DNA of 64,000 nt from Ranitomeya imitator (lineage: Eukaryota). The stretch is taken from assembly GCF_032444005.1 (NCBI RefSeq), contig NC_091282.1, positions 535,308,001 to 535,372,000 of the forward strand, written 5' to 3'. Both the position numbers and the translations under genes were made by a program. The notes below the pieces were generated by a model that worked only from the letters and a program-made list of their open reading frames with translations, had not been told where the DNA came from and did not search any database. Each line of letters starts with the position of its first letter. Within the stretch, counting starts at the first letter, position 1. Below, one piece after another: positions 25,991 through 37,531 of this stretch.

Positions 25991-27939
25991 CTTGCTGAAG
26001 CTGACAGCTTTACCGTCACATTTGAAGAAAAAACTTCCTCAATTGTAGACATTGTTTTAATAAATATCAAGGTCAGCCCGCAACATTGTCCAAGGTTCTA
26101 ATTTTGTCCCTCTGTGCATTTGAGTTTGACATGCCTGATAATGAGCCCCTTCCCCTATGGCTATCTGATTGCAGTACTGGACTCCTATCCTAACTTGGAA
26201 TGTCCTTGACAGACAACCATCCCAATTAATTACATAATTATTATTATTACTAATACTGTTAAAATAATGGAAATGTATTTGGCATGGCAATGGACTATGT
26301 TTTGTCAACTGCATTAAAGATAGCATTGTACATAAAAGGCCTTCGCTGCATAGTTATTTGTAAATGTGTCGTGGTTGTCGAAATCCTGAAATGCTATTAT
26401 GTCTCTCTTGTCACCCTCCTTATCAAAGTTATTATGGCTACTTTGACTCACTGGGACACAGCATTTAATGTGCCAGTCATTTAAATGTTCTTTGATGCTA
26501 CTTCTGTACAGTAAACCATAAAATGCTAAGATTTTTTATAATACTTCATAATGCATTTCTAATTTCAGGTAACAACTGCAAATATGAATTTTGAGTGCTT
26601 GGGTACATTGTATATGTTAATGTATTCGAAATACGCTTACTTTTGTACAGTAATGTGTTCAGCTAGGTCATCGATCCTAGTTCATTGGGCCTTTTCTTAC
26701 TTTTTTTATACACTAAGGAACATTATAAACTCCAGTACTGAATCTGTATGATGGGGCTATCTCAGTTATACATGGGGTAATGACCAACCTACTGTTAATT
26801 ATATGGCGATTACAACTATCCAAGGAGTTCTGTGTCTATATAAAAGAACAAGGCTGCGAATGGACACCGGTCACACAAATCTGCGATGACTTCTAATATA
26901 TAATTTATCATTATTACTTATGTTGCACAGATTATTTCTCTTTATCCATCATTCATGACTGATATGAAACTTAATCATCCCATAGAAAAAAAACTCTGCA
27001 GCATCCCAGTTGCTCATTTCACAAACTTGTATAATACACACTGCAGCTGCTGAATAACCTCTTTTTCAAAAATGGACCTTGATCTAGTGATTTACCCATG
27101 CAACCTGTGGAGCCGCACAGGGGCCCAAAAGGTAAGGAGGGCCATTTTCATCTCCAAAACAGGTTGAATTGTGCATAATCATGAGCTATTGGACTGCAAA
27201 TAGCCTATACTCTGTTCTTGCACAGGGGCCCTATTCTGTCTGTTCGCCTCTGAGAAGGTGCTTTCTGCAAATATGAAATGTAAAGGGTTAAGAAGAGATA
27301 AGCAATGTTTACAATGCATAGCATTTAGTTTTATTTATTGTTGTCTAATTTACAATAATATTTATTTTTATTATTATTGTTATTATTTTTACAAAACTCA
27401 CAAAGTATGTATAGTAAACACAAAATAAGGTTTTCCTTAGTAAAGCCGTTGGGCGGTATGTAACAGAAAGCAGATGTGTGGTCTTAAAACAAAATATATT
27501 ACATCTGGAGTCTTTCTAATCTGTCAATCCAGGGATTTTGCTAATACCAGGTTAGAGAATGTTTCTTATTAGAGAGGTCTTCTGCTTGAAGGGTACGGCA
27601 GTGTAGAGAATTGCGTATTCTGAGAGGTGCAGTGATAAAGACTTAATCTGGATTATAGAATGTTGGGCATGGAACACTGGTGCTGCATGTGCCAAAGAAT
27701 AGACTTTTTATCACAGAGTGGACAATAAACACAAACTTCTGTCTCAAAAATGAAAAAAAAAATTGGTTTCATAACAAGCTAACCAGACAATTTTGTCAGT
27801 TATACCATAAAACCATGACATGATGGAACGTTGATCGTCCTTTATTTAAAGGATCTTCCATCTTCGTATGTTTTTTTTAAACCAAAAGTCAACATCCATT
27901 GAGTTTTTGTTTAAAGGGACAGTAATTCTAGAAAAAAAA

Positions 27940-28017
27940 TCCCAGTAATTCCTACCTTAATCATATTATATACAGTAAATACTGTATATAATATGATTAA
28001 GGTAGGAATTACTGGGA
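27940..28017. repeat. Perfect 38-bp-arm hairpin/palindrome with a 2-nt loop
   Basis: TCCCAGTAATTCCTACCTTAATCATATTATATACAGTA-AA-TACTGTATATAATATGATTAAGGTAGGAATTACTGGGA. Confidence 0.97.
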
Positions 28018-28231
28018 ATTTGACCCATTGTTACATTTATTGCCAATAAAAATGAGAAATAACAGGAGAATTATATAGAGGAAATCTCTCTAGTCTCCGG
28101 AGGTTAGCCCCTTCTTCCGCCTACTCCTCCTCCTCACTGTCCTGACTGTGATTGTAAGACAACTAGCTGTAGCAGAAGTCTCCTGGCCATGCCCTCTCAG
28201 TAGTAGGGCATAATATTTCTAAGTTCTATGA

Positions 28232-28806
28232 TTAAAGGGACTTTGTCACCAGATTTTTCGTATCTGAACTCATTTTAAGTCATTTGTTACTAGCATTCCA
28301 TCTGCTCATATCTGCCCAACTTCCTGAATATCTAAGAAAATACATTTCATTATCCTCCAACATCATGTGCTAACCAGCACGGTCTGGTCCGATGAGTGAC
28401 GCTGGTCTGTGCTCAGTGCCCCTTCTGTCCCCATCTTCATGCCTTGGCGTCTCTTACTTCATCCACAGAGTCTGTTGCGCCTTCACAGCTCTTGTTCTCT
28501 ACACTGCAGACGCAAAATGTGAACAGACTATAGATGACTTATGAGACACAAATCAAGGCCGAAGGGCCGGCGATTGTGGGGGCAGCGGAGGCACCATGCT
28601 CCAACCAGTGACAGCCATCAGACTGGACTGTGCCTTATGTTCATCTGCGAAGTCTGATCTCATAATTATAAAAGGGATTTTTTTTTTCGATATGTGGGAC
28701 AGTTGGGCTTTCCTAAACAGGCTGCTAGAGTGCTAGTAAATTCAATTTATAGGTAGGTGGTAAATTTAGTTCATATAGGGAAAAACTGATTACAGGTTTT
28801 CTTTAA
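28232..28806. mobile_element. T2/Kolobok-type MITE (old)
   Basis: TTAA-AGGGACTTTGTCACC ... TTACAGGTTTTCT-TTAA. Confidence 0.65.
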
Positions 28807-28960
28807 GCCTTGGTAACAGGCCTTCAACAGGCAGCTAGATGAAGATGGAACTGTTCAGCAGGAGTTTAAGCTCTTTGTTCTCTGTAGGATTTGTACAAGA
28901 CTGAATACTGTCTCAGGAATGCTGTAGACTAGTAAACAGTAAGGACAACTATATTTTTTA

Positions 28961-29428
28961 TTAAAAGAGGTTATCCTGGACTTTGTTGGTTTTTTTGGCT
29001 ATAGATCTAAGCACTTATCGGCAGGTAGTTGCTAGCTACCTGCCTTTTCTGCCCTGCTCCATCTATTTTCGCTGATAGCGGTCACATACCGCACCAGCTG
29101 GTGATTCTCCAGCTTCCTGTGATGTTTACAGAGCAGCTTCTGTGCTGTCTACGTCACTGCCAATGTCATGCTGATTGACAACTGGATCCCCACTGCCTAA
29201 CTGCAGGTAGTCAGCTGTCAGTCAGCGTAACGTCGGCAGTTGGCATTGACAGAGCAGACCAGAAGTGAAAAAGCTGTTCTTTTGACATGAGATCAAATGA
29301 AGTAAGAGAATCGCTGCCTGAACCAGAAAACATTTTTTTTCAGGGGAGAACAGGCAGGTAGCTAGCCGGTAATTTCGTACACCAATAGTCAAATAAAACC
29401 AAAGTCCCACATAACATAACCCCTTTAA
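28961..29428. mobile_element. T2/Kolobok-type MITE
   Basis: TTAA-AAGAGGTTATCCTGGACTT ... AAGTCCCACATAACATAACCCCT-TTAA, with internal inverted arms. Confidence 0.7.
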
Positions 29429-29455
29429 CATTCATTACTAGTTTTTTGTGTTTCT

Positions 29456-29790
29456 TTAAAGGTAACCTGTCATGTGAAAAAACACTATTGGCCTTCAGAT
29501 ATGAGGTTAATCTGCAGGTTAATGGCATTCTGCAGCCGTGCGGCCGCCGCATTGTTGGGCTGGCTGAACTTTATTCCTCCTGGCAGATTCAGGCTTTCAG
29601 TCATAGAGGCCCGTCATGCACGGCTTCAGTCACTGCTCAGTACACTGACAGCCAGCTCTGTATTAATGCACTGTACATCCAGCTGTCAGTCACTAATGGG
29701 GCGTGGTTACAGCCACCACTCACTGTGTACTCAGCTGTGACTGAAACAGCGCCGGCTGTACCCCTAATTCTAACGCCTTTGAGGGCAATG
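29456..29790. mobile_element. T2/Kolobok-type MITE, left part only
   Basis: TTAA-AGGTAACCTGTCA start; right terminus not found. Confidence 0.6.
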
Positions 29791-30003
29791 CATCATAGTG
29801 TTTTTGGCAGTGAAAGAGCGTAAAACTCTTTGAAAAGTCACAAACTTGGAAACTTTTGGCATTTTTATGCCAATTTGAAGCAGATGTTACAAAACAGGTG
29901 GAGCTAGGGTGGTACCAGTGGTAGGATGGTAGGTTGCTATGCCTGCCCATCAAGTTCAGAAAAAGTGACGGGGTTTCTTATGCCAGAAATGCTATATAAG
30001 CTG

Positions 30004-30274
30004 TAATAATAATCTTTATTTTTATATAGCGCTAACATATTCCGCAGCGCTTTACATTTTGCACACATTATCATCACTGTCCCCAATGGGGCTCACAATC
30101 TAAAATCCCTATCAGTATGTCTTTGGAATGTGGGAGAAAACCAGAGTACCCGGAGGAAACCCACACAAACACGGAGAGAACATACAGACTCCTTGCAGAT
30201 GTTGTCCATGGTGAGGCTTGAACCCAGGACTCCAGCGCTGCAAGGCTGCAGTGCTAACCACTGAGCCACCGTGC
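30004..30274 (-). mobile_element. tRNA-derived SINE with L2-type 3' tail
   Basis: Minus strand has an A box (TGGCTCAGTGG) and a B box (GGTTCAAGCC). The tail TGTAAAGCGCTGCGGAATATGTTAGCGCTATATAAAAATAAAGATTATTATT matches the L2 3' end. Confidence 0.9.
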
Positions 30275-30619
30275 TGTACAGAATGTTTGTATTAAAGAGC
30301 TTGAAAAGGGTAGGATACAGTCCTATGAGACCTCAAAATTTCATGCACATCTTCTCTGGTCAATATGATGCTAGTCAGTACTAGTAATTCACCTCAAGTA
30401 AAACTGTTGGGGAAAATTTGTCAAAGCTGTCAAATTAGAACATCTAAATATTCGCTCTTCCCTAATATACAGCATCCACAAATATTTCAATATATTACTT
30501 TTTTCTCTGCTCCCAAAGCCATTTTTTTTTTTTTGCAGAAGTTGAAAATCTTTCTTTAGCGTCCTCAAATCTCATCGAGCTAGGGTACACTGAAACGTTT
30601 CTGGGGTATTACCCTGTCG

Positions 30620-30760
30620 CAAGTTTTGGAAACACTCTGACCCAGTCATTTAGGTATTACTATTTGACCCTTGTCAAAATAATTTACGCTTGCCCATTAT
30701 TCTTGCTTCCAATACATCAACTTACTGAATGTTCACTTGCTGGTTACAGAAAAGAAACAT
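30620..30760 (-). mobile_element. Decayed Tc1 5' fragment (MGKRK...DKGQIV...GQSVSK-type N-terminus)
   Basis: Minus strand reads ATGGGCAAGCGTAA...TTTGACAAGGGTCAAATAGTAAT...GACTGGGTCAGAGTGTTTCCAAAACT. Confidence 0.7.
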
Positions 30761-32388
30761 TCATCTTTCAGTGCATTATGCTTTTCCTGTTGTGTTATTT
30801 GTTAGATAGGGGTTATTTAGGTATATTAGCACTTATTTATTCTGAAAAGTATTGCTGCTTCATTTCCCATTGGAAAAGCAAAAAATTAAATTAAGACAAT
30901 AATGTAAACTAATTGTTATATGATATCGTTTGTCACCAATGCACAATACAATTTATTTAAAAATGTTATTATTAGAATATTATAATAGAATTTTATACAT
31001 TTACGGTAATTAAAACTCTATTGTATGTTTTCATATACATCATCCATTATATTTTATAGGGATTCTCTAGGACTGTAAAATGTTTATTGAAGGGAGCTCA
31101 GGACATACTGGGCATTGTGCAGTTCTTGTTGGCTGTAGTAACAAAAATATCATTTTCTTATCCACAGTGAAACAAATGAAACATTCTCTAGCCTCCATGG
31201 GCAACAAAACCACCTTTTAGAGTTCAATATGTGTTACAGTTCAGGCACAATGAAGGAAATTTATTATTGGCCAAAAATGCCAAAATGACACATTTTAGTG
31301 TAAGCGTTCTTCGCTGACAATACAAAGTAACTCACAGTTTACCAATTACAGGTGTGAGGACCCTGCTCGCTTACAGTCTATAAGGAAATAGGGGGACATA
31401 ATAGGTAAAAAGTGCTTATTATGTATGGTCCAATCATTATTATGATTATTATTATTATTAGGGAATTTCAAATAAGCTGCATGATCCAGTCATCAATCAG
31501 TATCTGTCTACGTACAGTTGCCAAATGGAGGATGTGAAGGCAGATGAATAGAAGGGACCAGATTCTGAGGAAAATTTTGAAAGAGGAAAAAGGGAAGAAT
31601 TAGATTAGTGAAGTGAGGTGATAGACCTTCCTAAACAGATGTGTTTTATAAGCACACTTAAAAATGTGGGGGCTGAGTACTAGTCGAATCATCTGGGGTA
31701 GTGCATTCCAGAAAACTTGCACAGCGCAAGAGAAGTCTTAGAGATGAAGGTGGGAGGTTCAGAATACGGAGGATATTAGTCTTAGATCAGTTGCTGAATG
31801 GAGAACACGGGTAGGACGATAGGCAGAAAAGAGAGCAGAGCTGTAGGGTGGTGCAGAACTGTGGAGAGCTTTGTAGGTGAGGGAGATACGTATGTATTGT
31901 ATTCTGTAGTGAATGGGTAACCAATGCAATGATTGGTACAAGGTGGAAGCATCGGTGAAGTGGCTGGACTGAAATACAACCCTGGCTTCTGCGTTCAGGA
32001 TGGATTGGAGAAAAGAAAGTTTGGAGTGAGACCGATCAGTATAGAGAGTTGCAGTAGTCCATATGGTAATGAATAAGAGCAACAGTGAGAGTTTTTTCAG
32101 TTTCAAAGGTGAGAAATGGTCAGATTTTTTAGATGTTTTTAAGATGCAGGTGACAAGAGCGAGAGAGTGATCGGATATAGGAAATAAAAGATAATTCTGT
32201 GTCAAATATGACCCAAGACAGCAGGTGTGCTTTTATGGTTAAACAACCCAAGAAAATTGCAATATCGGGTGTAGGTAGGTTAGTAGAGGGAGGAAACACG
32301 GGAAATTCAGTTTTGGAGAGATTCAGTTTCAGATAGAGAGAGGACATGATGTTAGAGACAGTGGACAGACAATCCTTGGTATTTTTTA

Positions 32389-32909
32389 TTAAAGGGAACC
32401 TGTCACCCCCAAAATTCAAGATGAGCTAAGCTCACCGGCATCAGGGGCTTATCTACAGCATTCTGTAATGCTGTAGATTATACTCACCTGGGCGGGCGGT
32501 CCGATCAGGTGGGCGTCGCGGTCCGATCCGGTGGGCTTCGCGGTCCTGTACTGCAGTGCGCAGGCGCCGGGAAATGTCAAAGAGGCCCAGCCGCTGCGCA
32601 CTGCAGTACTTTGCGCTGCCCTCAACAGGGCAGACAAAGTACGCCTGCGCCAGAGCCGCAGCGTGAAGATCAGAAGAGGACGTCGTCTGATGAAGAAGAT
32701 AGGAGACGCCGGACCGGACCGCAACACCCATCGGACCGGACTGGACCAGCAGCGGGACCGCTCCTGGGTGAGTATAATCTAACCTCTTTTTCTCATCTTT
32801 TAGGATACATCGGGGGCTTATCTACAGCATTACAGAATGCTGTAGATAAGCCCCTGATGACGGTGGGGTTACCTCACCCTCGATTTTGGGGGTGACAGGT
32901 TTCCTTTAA
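32389..32909. mobile_element. Young T2/Kolobok-type MITE
   Basis: TTAA at both ends; TIR AGGGAACCTGTCACCCCCAAAAT / ATTTTGGGGGTGACAGGTTTCCT; long internal inverted arms. Confidence 0.92.
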
Positions 32910-33122
32910 GGCTGGGGTGATGTCAGGAGAAGAAGTGTATAATTTGGTGTCATCGGCATAGAGATGGTACTGGAATACAATTCTCCTGATGGTATAAATT
33001 TAGAACCTTCCTTAGGGGTGCACGCTAGCGTCCCATAAGCAAAGCGTCACAGAAGATAAGCGTCGTGACACCGCAGTTATTCCATGGCACAGAACTAACA
33101 TCCATCTTCTCTCTTCACACAG

Positions 33123-33445
33123 GTATTAACTCCCTCTGCTTGCTGTCTCCTGTTTTGCAATCAAATGGTGCAACTTCCTACCTCTGATAGCTGTCCCATC
33201 TGCTGCAATAGACTCTAATGGTATTAACTCCCTCTGCTTGCTGTCTCCTGTTTTGCAATCAAATGGTGCAACTTCCTACCTCTGATAGCTGTCCCATCTG
33301 CTGCAATAGACTCTAATGGTATTAACTCCCTCTGCTTGCTGTCTCCTGTTTTGCAATCAAATGGTGCAACTTCCTACCTCTGATAGCTGTCCCATCTGCT
33401 GCAATAGACTCTAATGGTATTAACTCCCTCCTCTGCTTGCTGTCT
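33123..33445 (+). repeat. Three identical 98-bp tandem units plus a partial fourth in the L2 5' region
   Basis: Units start at 33123, 33221, 33319 and 33417; the three full units are identical. Confidence 0.97.
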
Positions 33446-33831
33446 GTCATCTGCTGCTTTACCATCTAGAAACATAATTTAATGTGTTTGCTAATTCATT
33501 GGTATAATTTATCTGTTGCATTGCACTTAAAACTTACTGTCCACTTACTATCCATGACTGGGATCAGTGTAGATCTTATCTGGTGGAAGGTGTGAAAGTA
33601 GATTTTACCAGGCTGAGTGTCTTTGATCATCTTTTCAAAGAAAAAAAAAAAAAAAAAACCCCTGGTGTGCTAGCCAGCTGCCAAATTATCCTCAACCAGT
33701 TCCCACAATCCATCTCTTCTGGGCTATAAATTTAGAACCTTCCTTAGGGGTGCACGCAAGTGGGGGTGCACGCTAGCGTCCCATAAGCAAAGCGTCACAG
33801 AAGATAAGCGTCGTGACACCGCAGTTATTCC

Positions 33832-36800
33832 ATGGCAGTTAGTCAGGGCAGGAGTCAGGTAACCCACACTCTGCTCTCCCTTCTATCCATGTGCATTATT
33901 CCTATCATCCTATGCTCCCTTGCAATCCACATTCACCGCCCAATCCCCCCTCCATCACGACTCATATACATCAGCTCCTCTCTCCTTCCCTCTCCCATGT
34001 ACAGCTCCCATGCACTTCTCACCTTCCTGAAAAACCTCAGTCCATCTTGCCCAAACAGACTGCATAAAAAAACTTCATACAATCCCAAAAGCTACTTGCT
34101 TTTTATCTTCCTACTCCTGCTGATATCAGGAGACATCTCCCCAAACCCCGGTCCACCATCCACCAACCTCAGCCCCTACCCTACCTCACATCGAAACCTT
34201 ACTAATCTTACTAATATTAATTGCACTCCTTCATCCCCTCCTTCTTTTAATTGTGCCCTTTGGAATCCACGGTCTGTATGTAACAAGCTTCCTTTCCTAC
34301 ACAATTACTTTCTGAAAAACTCTCTGAATCTGCTGGCCCTCACGGAAACCTGGATTCAGGATTCTGACACTGTCTCTCCTGCTGCCATTACCCATGGTGG
34401 CTTACAATTCTCCCATTCCCCGAGACCAACAAACAGACCTGGTGGTGGAGTTGGCATACTCCTGTCCCCACAATGCACTTTCCAGGTCATCCCCTCAGTT
34501 CCATCACTCTCATTCCCTTCTTTTGAGGTCCACACCATCAGGCTCTTTCGCCCCCTCTCCCTCAGAGTAGCGGTCATATACCGGCCCCCAGGCTCACCCA
34601 CCCGCTTCCTGGACCATTTCTCTGCCTGGCTGCCGCACTTCATGTCCTCAGAACTACCAACCCTTATCCTGGGAGACTTCAACATCCCCATTAACAGCCC
34701 CACTTCCACATCTGCATCCCAGCTTCTGTCACTAACCACTTCTCTCGGCCTCTCACAGCTCTCAACCTCTGGGACACACAAGGACGGTAACACCCTGGAC
34801 CTGGTTTTTGCCCGGCTCTGCTCAATCTCCTACATAGATAACTCACCGCTTCCCCTCTCTGACCACAACATTCTCTCCTTCACACTCACATATCCTCGCT
34901 CACCCCAGCACCCTCCTACACACCATTCAGTCAGAAATCTACAAGCCATTAACCCTCTTACACTTTCAGACTCCCTACGCTTATCATTGTCCCCAATCTC
35001 TTCCTTTTCCTGTCCTGATCTGGCGGTACATCACTTCAATGACACTCTTAGAAGCACCCTTGACCAAGTAGCTCCCCTCACCCTCAGGACCTCCAAACAC
35101 AGAATAAAACAGCCCTGGCTCACATCGCAAACCCGATTTCTCCAGCGATCCTCTAGGTGTGCTGAACGCTTATGGAGGAAAACACGCACACCAGAAGACT
35201 TCATACACTTCAAATTTATGTTAAGGACCTATAACTTTGCCCTTCACTTCGCTAAACAGACCTACTTTACCACTCTGATCTCCTCACTATCCAACAACCC
35301 CAAGAAACTTTTTGACACCTTTCACTCCCTCCTCAGGCCAAAAGCACAAGCCCCTATCACAGATATTTGTGCTGGTGACCTGGCCTCCCACTTTATAGAG
35401 AAAATAGACAATATCCGTCAGGAAATCCGCTCCCAACAACTAAGTTCAGTGACTCCCATCCCTCCCCTCATTGCCCCTGGCTCACTCTCCACATTCGATC
35501 CCATCACAGAAGAAGAAGTCTCCAAGCTCCTCTCCTCTTCTCGTCCGACTACATGCACTACCGACCCCATTCCCTCACATCTCCTCCAGTCTCTCTCTCC
35601 AGTTGTCACAAGTCACCTAACTACAATCTTTAATCTCTCCCTCTCCTCTGGCATTTTCCCCTCCTCCTTCAAACACTCTATCATTACTCCATTACTAAAG
35701 AAACCCACCCTCGACCCATCCTGCACAAACAACTACAGACCGGTCTCCAATCTCCCCTTCATCTCTAAACTCTTGGAGCGCCTGATATACTCCCGCCTTA
35801 CCCGTTACCTCTCCACTCACTCCCTCCTAGACCCTTCACAGTCCGGTTTCCGCCCCCTACATTCGACAGAAACTGCACTCATCAAAGTGACCAATGACCT
35901 TCTGACAGCAAAACGTAATGGTGACCACTCTCTGCTCATTCTTCTCGACCTTTCTGCAGCTTTTGACACTGTTGACCACCCTCTCCTGCTCTCTAGGCTC
36001 CAGTCACTAGGCATTAAGGACACTGCTCTCTCCTGGTTCTCCTCCTATCTTTCCGACCGCTCCTTCAGTGTTCTGTTCTCTGGCTCCACTTCATCTCCTC
36101 TTCCTCTCACTGTTGGGGTACCTCAGGGCTCAGTCCTTGGCCCCCTTCTGTTCTCTCTCTACACGGCCCCAATTGGACAGACCATCAGCAGATTTGGCTT
36201 TCAGTACCATCTTTATGCCGACGACACACAACTATATACGTCATCCCCTGACCTTACCCCCGCTGTACTACAGAATGCCACTGACTGTCTGTCCGCAGTC
36301 TCCAACATCATGTCCGCTCTCTATCTGAAACTCAACCTCTCCAAAACTGAACTTCTTCTGCTCCCACCATCTACTAACCTCCCTAAATCTGACATTTCCC
36401 TCTCCGTGGGTGGCACCATAATAACACCCCGGCAGCAGGCGCGCTGTCTGGGTGTTATGTTTGACTCCGATCTCTCCTTCACCTCCCATATACAATCTCT
36501 TGCCCGCTCGTGCCGCTTACACCTAAAGAAAATCTCTAGAATCCGCCCTTTTCTCACCATGGAGACAGCTAAAACCCTCACGGTCGCCCTGATCCACTCC
36601 CGCCTGGACTACTGTAACGCTCTATTAATTGGCCTCCCCCTCACTCGACTTTCCCCTCTCCAGTCCATCCTTAATGCAGCAGCCAGGGTCGTCCATCTGG
36701 CTAATCGTTACTCGGACGCGTCCGCTCTTCGCCAGTCGTTACACTGGCTGCCCATTCATTACAGGATACAATTCAAAGTACTTGTTCTCACCCACAAAGC

Positions 36801-37059
36801 TCTCCACAGTGCGGCACCCCCTTACATCTCCTCCCTCATTTCTGTCTATCAGCCTAACAGACCACTGCGCTCTGCAAATGACTTTCGGCTAACCTCTGCA
36901 CTAATCCGTACCTCCCACTCCCGACTCCAAGACTTCTCCCATGCTGCGCCAATCCTCTGGAATGCTCTACCCCAAGATATTAGGACCATCCATAATTTGC
37001 ATAGTTTTAGGCGCTCGCTCAAAACACATTTGTTCAGAGCGGCCTATCACGTTCACTAA
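33832..37059 (+). CDS. L2 LINE ORF2: 2A-like leader, APE endonuclease and reverse transcriptase (1075 aa)
   Basis: EN motifs WNPRS, LTETW, YRPP, GDFN, GNTLDL, SDH; RT motifs [38 protein letters not shown]; N-terminal [15 protein letters not shown]. Confidence 0.96.
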   Translation: MAVSQGRSQVTHTLLSLLSMCIIPIILCSLAIHIHRPIPPPSRLIYISSSLLPSPMYSSHALLTFLKNLSPSCPNRLHKKTSYNPKSYLLFIFLLLLISGDISPNPGPPSTNLSPYPTSHRNLTNLTNINCTPSSPPSFNCALWNPRSVCNKLPFLHNYFLKNSLNLLALTETWIQDSDTVSPAAITHGGLQFSHSPRPTNRPGGGVGILLSPQCTFQVIPSVPSLSFPSFEVHTIRLFRPLSLRVAVIYRPPGSPTRFLDHFSAWLPHFMSSELPTLILGDFNIPINSPTSTSASQLLSLTTSLGLSQLSTSGTHKDGNTLDLVFARLCSISYIDNSPLPLSDHNILSFTLTYPRSPQHPPTHHSVRNLQAINPLTLSDSLRLSLSPISSFSCPDLAVHHFNDTLRSTLDQVAPLTLRTSKHRIKQPWLTSQTRFLQRSSRCAERLWRKTRTPEDFIHFKFMLRTYNFALHFAKQTYFTTLISSLSNNPKKLFDTFHSLLRPKAQAPITDICAGDLASHFIEKIDNIRQEIRSQQLSSVTPIPPLIAPGSLSTFDPITEEEVSKLLSSSRPTTCTTDPIPSHLLQSLSPVVTSHLTTIFNLSLSSGIFPSSFKHSIITPLLKKPTLDPSCTNNYRPVSNLPFISKLLERLIYSRLTRYLSTHSLLDPSQSGFRPLHSTETALIKVTNDLLTAKRNGDHSLLILLDLSAAFDTVDHPLLLSRLQSLGIKDTALSWFSSYLSDRSFSVLFSGSTSSPLPLTVGVPQGSVLGPLLFSLYTAPIGQTISRFGFQYHLYADDTQLYTSSPDLTPAVLQNATDCLSAVSNIMSALYLKLNLSKTELLLLPPSTNLPKSDISLSVGGTIITPRQQARCLGVMFDSDLSFTSHIQSLARSCRLHLKKISRIRPFLTMETAKTLTVALIHSRLDYCNALLIGLPLTRLSPLQSILNAAARVVHLANRYSDASALRQSLHWLPIHYRIQFKVLVLTHKALHSAAPPYISSLISVYQPNRPLRSANDFRLTSALIRTSHSRLQDFSHAAPILWNALPQDIRTIHNLHSFRRSLKTHLFRAAYHVH

Positions 37060-37450
37060 TCAAAGTTATGTTATGTTTGTGTGTAGCCCATTCACTATCC
37101 CCATCTATTCCCCAACCCCTGAAGATGGCTGGACCCTCATTGTAAATACATCATTGTAAATACACACCTGTACTTTGTATCTCCCCCACCTCATTGTAGA
37201 TTGTAAGCTCTCACGAGCAGGGTCGTCTTATTTTGCTTTAATTATTGTATTGTTAACGTTGTTACTTATGACTTTTGTGTTTGAAACTGTTAAACTGTAA
37301 AGCGCTGCGGAATATGTTGGCGCTATATAAATAAAGATTATTATTATTATTATTATTTATCCAATAGGGACAGTGTATAGAGAGAAGGAGTGGGGACCAA
37401 GGACTGATACTTGAGGAATCCCAATAGTAATGGTAAGATTAGAGGAATAA

Positions 37451-37531
37451 CACTAGAAGTCCCAGAGAGGGGTCATTTAACATTTCTACCTTTGGAACCT
37501 TTGGAGCTCGAAATTTCTGGGACTTCTAGTG
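37451..37531. mobile_element. 81-bp micro-MITE, copy 1
   Basis: 16-bp TIR CACTAGAAGTCCCAGA / TCTGGGACTTCTAGTG; ATAA on both flanks. Confidence 0.85.

Larger units (their letters stand above)
32994..37357 (+). mobile_element. Young, apparently full-length L2-clade LINE (single ORF, ~840-bp 5' region, (TTA)n tail)
   Basis: Uninterrupted EN-RT ORF; the 3' UTR ends in an AGCGC..GCGCT hairpin, AATAAA and (TTA)n; inserted into an antisense old L2. Confidence 0.93.

Noticed and set aside
26569-26776. Plus-strand exon-like pieces (GNNCKYEF* and VLNLYDGAISVIHG, LRR-like)
   Set aside because: One ends in a stop and the other has a weak acceptor. LRR-type patterns are too degenerate to trust on 14 residues.
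30200-30274. tRNA gene (A and B boxes)
   Set aside because: It is the head of a SINE: no complete cloverleaf, and it continues into a SINE body and L2-type tail.
30539-30653. Exon-like 115-nt open segment with a strong acceptor (EVENLSLASSNLIELGYTETFLGYYP...)
   Set aside because: Its 3' part is the antisense of a decayed Tc1 N-terminus, so the open frame is most likely incidental.
33123-33445. Regular direct repeats as a possible CRISPR array (also 16441-16960 and the ~385-bp units)
   Set aside because: Head-to-tail tandem units with no unique spacers, no cas genes, and a vertebrate context.
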